The notes beneath the pieces are model-generated. The model did not search any database. It was not told the origin of the DNA and saw only the letters and a list, made by a program, of their open reading frames with translations. The position numbers and the translations under genes were made by a program. Shown here piece by piece: positions 60,438 through 64,000 of a stretch of DNA of 64,000 nt. The DNA comes from Blastocatellia bacterium (GTDB lineage: Bacteria > Acidobacteriota > Blastocatellia > Pyrinomonadales > Pyrinomonadaceae). The first letter of the stretch is position 1. Every line of letters starts with the position of its first letter. The DNA lies in the NCBI GenBank assembly GCA_016789145.1, contig JAEUQI010000003.1, forward strand, positions 5,206-69,205. The letters are read 5' to 3'.

Positions 60438-60521
60438 AAACCCCTCAGTATTCGGCAGTTGGCAGTCGGTAGTTAGTAGAACTAGTCTTTCTACCAACTA
60501 CCGGCTACTAGCTACTCAAAC

Positions 60522-61709
60522 TTATTCCACGACCTCTGACACCGTACCTGCACCGACTGTGCGGCCGCCTTCGCGGATGGCGAAGCGGAGGCCTTTTTCC
60601 ATTGCGATCGGAGCGATGAGCTCGATCTCCATTTGGATGTTGTCGCCCGGCATCACCATTTCGACGCCTGCAGGCAAGTGTGCAACTCCGGTCACGTCCG
60701 TTGTACGGAAGTAGAACTGCGGGCGATAGCCGGTGAAGAACGGCGTGTGACGGCCTCCTTCTTCCTTCGTCAGGACGTATGCCTCAGCCTTGAACTTCGT
60801 GTGCGGCGTGATCGTGCCCGGTTTGACGATGACCTGTCCGCGTTCAATTTCCTTTCTTTCGACGCCTCGGAGCAGCAGTCCGACGTTGTCGCCTGCCATA
60901 CCCGAATCGAGAAGCTTCTTGAACATCTCGACGCCGGTCACGACCGAGTTGCGTGTTTCACGGATACCGACGATCTCCACCGGCTCGTTAACGTTGATAA
61001 CGCCGCGTTCGATACGTCCCGTTGCCACTGTACCGCGGCCTTGGATCGTGAAGATATCTTCGACCGGCATCAGGAACGGCTTGTCCGTCTCACGTGCAGG
61101 GGTCGGGATGTAATCATCAACGGCCTGCATCAGCTCGTCGATCTTCGGCTCCCATGCAGGGTCGCCTTCGAGGCCCTTGAGTGCCGAACCTTGAACGACA
61201 GGAATGTCGTCGCCAGGGAACTCATACGAGCTCAGCAGCTCTCGGATCTCCATCTCTACCAATTCAAGCAGTTCAGGATCATCGACCATGTCCACTTTGT
61301 TCATGAACACTACCATCGACGGGATACCGACCTGACGGCCAAGCAGGATGTGCTCACGCGTCTGCGGCATCGGGCCGTCAGTCGCAGCAACCACCAGGAT
61401 AGCTCCGTCCATCTGTGCAGCTCCCGTGATCATGTTCTTGACATAGTCAGCGTGGCCCGGGCAGTCAACGTGTGCATAGTGACGATTCGCCGTCTCGTAC
61501 TCAACGTGTGCAGTCGCAATTGTGATTCCACGTGCTTTCTCTTCAGGTGCATTGTCGATCGAATCGAATGCTCGCACTTCCATCTTCGGATTGTGCTTCG
61601 ACATCACCTTCGTGATCGCCGCCGTCAATGTCGTCTTGCCGTGGTCAACGTGCCCAATTGTCCCTATGTTCACGTGCGGCTTACTACGGTCGAATTTCTC
61701 TTTGCTCAT
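60522..61709 (-). CDS. tuf: Elongation factor Tu
   Basis: It has '[15 protein letters not shown]', 'DCPGHADY' and 'NKVDMVDD'. It is 395 aa. Confidence 0.98.
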   Translation of the reverse strand: MSKEKFDRSKPHVNIGTIGHVDHGKTTLTAAITKVMSKHNPKMEVRAFDSIDNAPEEKARGITIATAHVEYETANRHYAHVDCPGHADYVKNMITGAAQMDGAILVVAATDGPMPQTREHILLGRQVGIPSMVVFMNKVDMVDDPELLELVEMEIRELLSSYEFPGDDIPVVQGSALKGLEGDPAWEPKIDELMQAVDDYIPTPARETDKPFLMPVEDIFTIQGRGTVATGRIERGVINVNEPVEIVGIRETRNSVVTGVEMFKKLLDSGMAGDNVGLLLRGVERKEIERGQVIVKPGTITPHTKFKAEAYVLTKEEGGRHTPFFTGYRPQFYFRTTDVTGVAHLPAGVEMVMPGDNIQMEIELIAPIAMEKGLRFAIREGGRTVGAGTVSEVVE

Positions 61710-61771
61710 CTTTTTCCTCTTACTTGAATCTCAAATTTCAGATCTGAAATCTCAAAAAACTAAAAACATAC

Positions 61772-61846
61772 TGGAGCCCAAGCCGGGATTTGAACCCGGG
61801 ACCTCTTCCTTACCAAGGAAGCGCTCTACCCCTGAGCTACTTGGGC
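61772..61846 (-). tRNA. tRNA-Thr (anticodon GGT)
   Basis: The reverse complement is GCCCAAG TA GCTC AGGGGTA GAGC G CTTCC TTGGTAA GGAAG AGGTC CCGGG TTCAAAT CCCGG CTTGGGC T CCA. Confidence 0.92.
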
Positions 61847-61861
61847 TTGTGCCCAAAAGTT

Positions 61862-61937
61862 TGGAGCGGGAGACGAGGTTCGAACTCGCGACATTCAGCT
61901 TGGAAGGCTGACGCTCTACCAACTGAGCTACTCCCGC
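61862..61937 (-). tRNA. tRNA-Gly (anticodon TCC)
   Basis: The reverse complement is GCGGGAG TA GCTC AGTTGGTA GAGC G TCAGC CTTCCAA GCTGA ATGTC GCGAG TTCGAAC CTCGT CTCCCGC T CCA. Confidence 0.92.
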
Positions 61938-61941
61938 AATA

Positions 61942-62029
61942 TGGTGCATGGGGTAGGATTCGAACCTACGTAGGAAGTTAATCCGACGGGTTTACAGCCC
62001 GTTGCCTTTGACCGCTCGACCACCCATGC
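61942..62029 (-). tRNA. tRNA-Tyr (anticodon GTA, long variable arm)
   Basis: The reverse complement is GCATGGG...ACGGG CTGTAAA CCCGT, then a long variable arm, then TAGG TTCGAAT CCTA CCCATGC A CCA. Confidence 0.88.
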
Positions 62030-62139
62030 AAATAATTTTCAAAGTGCTATCAGCGTCGTATAGAGCTAAATAGCAAATTTCCAATGATAGCGAAGACGAT
62101 GAAAGCGCGCAAGCGCGGAAGTGCTTGTTTTTAGCGCAC

Positions 62140-64000
62140 TTACGCGATCAGCTTATCGGGTGTTATCGGCAGATCGCGGAGCCGTTTGCCGGTTGCGTTG
62201 AAAATGGCATTAGCGATCGCTGCAGGAATACCGACTAATCCTAGTTCACCGAGACCTTTGGCACCGAGCGGATTCACTATCTTGTCTTCTTCTGGCACAA
62301 AGATCGTCTCGATCTCGGGAATGTCAGCATTTACAGGCACATGATAGCCGGCAAGGTTCGGATTCATGATGCGAGCGTAACGGTCATCGACCTCTGTAAC
62401 CTCGGTCAAAGCCATACCGACGCCCCAAACCACGCCGCCGATCTCTTGGCTGTGGGCACCTTTTGGATTGATGATCTTGCCTGCTGCAGTCGCCTGAACG
62501 ACGCGGCGAACGCGAGCAACGCCGATCTCTTCGTCTACGGCAACCTCGACAAACTGTGCTCCGTGTGACGCGATCGAGTATTTCGAACGCTCAGCAGTAG
62601 CAACGGTCGAGCGATGCAAAACCGCAAGTTGTGGCAAATTATTGGCCGTTAATATGTCTGCAAACGATTTCTTGGTTTCAGGCTTTCCTTTGACCATGAT
62701 CGAGGCATTTTCGACTACGATATCCGCTGCAGCGACGTCTTTAAACGGCGAACCGTCGGTTTTCGCATCAACTGCGGCAAATTCGGTTCCGAGTTTCTCG
62801 CACGCTTCTTTGATAGCGGTTCCGACGCTAGACGTGATCGTCGAGCCACCTTGGCCGGGACTTGGTGGCAGTTCGCTGTCGCCAAGGGCAAAGGTGACGC
62901 GTTCGATAGGCACGCCGAGGCCTTGTGCAGCGATAGTTGCTCCCATTGTGTAGGTTCCGGGACCGATGTCGGTCGCGGCACTTTCAACAAGCACGGTGCC
63001 ATTTGCGCGGAATGTAACGCGAGCCGACGCCGGCGATTGGCCGGCGAACCAAGTTCCCGTTGCCATGCCGTAACCGATCAGCCATCGGCCGTCTTTCATC
63101 ATTCGCGGCTCAATCTTGCGTTTACTCCAACCGAACTTCTCCGAGCCTTGGCGGTAGCATTCTTTTAACTCTTTACTCGAAAATGGCTTTCCAGATTCAG
63201 GATCGGTCTCAGCGTAATTCCGAATACGTAATTCAAGCGGATCGATCTTTAGCTTGTACGCCAGCTCATCAAGTGCCGATTCGAGGGCAAATGCACCAGA
63301 AACGGCTCCCGGAGCTCGCATCCAAAGCGGCGTTTGCATGTCGAGACGTGCGACGGTTTGGCTCGTCTTCACATTCGGACACGCGTACAGCGAACGCGAT
63401 ATTCCGACTAGTCCTTCGGAAAATATCTCGTGTGACGAAGTATTGTGAACAGCCTCGTGAATGATCGCCGAGAGTTTGCCTTGCTTGTCAGACGCAAGCT
63501 TTATTCTCTGCGTAGAAGCGGGCCGATAGCCGTGAGCGGTGGCGAGTTGTCTCCGCGAATACACTACTTTCACAGGCTTTCCAACCAACTTAGCCGCCAT
63601 CGAAGCGATCAGCAACTGCGGCCCCGGACGCAATGCAGCACCGAAGGCTCCGCCGACGAAAGGAGCAACGACACGAACATTCGTGCGATCTATTCCAAAT
63701 GCTGCGGCGACGTAGCCTGCGGTTCCCTGAGTACCTTGCGTCTTGTCGTAAACGGTCAGTTTGCCGCCTTCCCACACAGCTACCGTCGCGTGAAGTTCCA
63801 TCGGATGATGATGTTCGAAAGGTATCGTATATTCGGCCTCGATCTTGACCTCAGCCGTGGCAAACACCTCTAGCGGCTTTCCTCGATCTGGTGTGACACG
63901 TGCCTCGGGCAATGCCTTTTCAAACATTCCGCGCGTGTCGCTGTCGGCTTTTGACGAAGAATAAGTTATCTTTACGAGCGACGCCGCGTATCGTGCCTCT
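62140..64000 (-). CDS. Xanthine dehydrogenase/aldehyde oxidase-family molybdopterin-binding subunit, 5'-truncated by the window edge
   Basis: The frame stays open from 63927 to the window end (EARYAASLVKITYSSSKADSDTRG-MFEK...). MoCo-binding domain similarity is seen in 'HHHPMELHATVAVWEG', 'GGAFG', 'TDIGPGTYT' and 'GQGGSTITSSVG'. Confidence 0.8.
   Translation of the reverse strand, partial: EARYAASLVKITYSSSKADSDTRGMFEKALPEARVTPDRGKPLEVFATAEVKIEAEYTIPFEHHHPMELHATVAVWEGGKLTVYDKTQGTQGTAGYVAAAFGIDRTNVRVVAPFVGGAFGAALRPGPQLLIASMAAKLVGKPVKVVYSRRQLATAHGYRPASTQRIKLASDKQGKLSAIIHEAVHNTSSHEIFSEGLVGISRSLYACPNVKTSQTVARLDMQTPLWMRAPGAVSGAFALESALDELAYKLKIDPLELRIRNYAETDPESGKPFSSKELKECYRQGSEKFGWSKRKIEPRMMKDGRWLIGYGMATGTWFAGQSPASARVTFRANGTVLVESAATDIGPGTYTMGATIAAQGLGVPIERVTFALGDSELPPSPGQGGSTITSSVGTAIKEACEKLGTEFAAVDAKTDGSPFKDVAAADIVVENASIMVKGKPETKKSFADILTANNLPQLAVLHRSTVATAERSKYSIASHGAQFVEVAVDEEIGVARVRRVVQATAAGKIINPKGAHSQEIGGVVWGVGMALTEVTEVDDRYARIMNPNLAGYHVPVNADIPEIETIFVPEEDKIVNPLGAKGLGELGLVGIPAAIANAIFNATGKRLRDLPITPDKLIA

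Overview
All calls below were made by eye from motifs, with no alignments or HMM searches. The window is a gene-dense bacterial chromosomal segment with no transposase, integrase, CRISPR array or rRNA. The TonB-dependent receptor with an N-terminal carboxypeptidase-regulatory domain, and the general look of the proteins, suggest an Acidobacteriota-like genome. That assignment is inference only.

Gene content from left to right:
- A 5'-truncated nuclease-fold protein.
- A desaturase followed by an intramembrane histidine kinase and a response regulator.
- A divergent LpxL-type acyltransferase / ACP / KAS lipid cassette.
- A cyanophycinase-like peptidase, pta, clpC, two lytic transglycosylases, an amidohydrolase, a SCO copper chaperone, folD, a MazG-like gene and coaE.
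- A complete Opp-type peptide ABC importer with two substrate-binding proteins.
- A 634-bp intergenic region packed with repeats and palindromes, followed by the most unusual locus, at the window centre (27.4-33.4 kb). Its four genes are PocR-GAF-GGDEF, a degenerate P-loop/STAND-like domain fused to an RsbW-type kinase, a STAS protein, and GAF-HD-GYP.
- An ABC exporter co-transcribed with an atypical ECF-like sigma factor and a ZAS anti-sigma factor.
- Stand-alone ribA, a CarboxypepD_reg-TPR gene broken by one in-frame TAG, a TonB-dependent receptor, an HD phosphohydrolase, a TonB-C protein, plsC and an M13 peptidase.
- On the minus strand, the conserved supercluster tRNA-Tyr/Gly/Thr-tuf-rpmG-tRNA-Trp-secE-nusG-rplKAJL-rpoBC.
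- A 5'-truncated molybdopterin oxidoreductase subunit at the right edge.

Other oddities:
- An eight-Cys insertion in RpoB.
- An acidic Ala/Glu/Pro tail on L10.
- A zinc-ribbon extension on OppF.
- Intergenic spacers built from phased 7-, 8-, 14- and 22-bp oligomer repeats.
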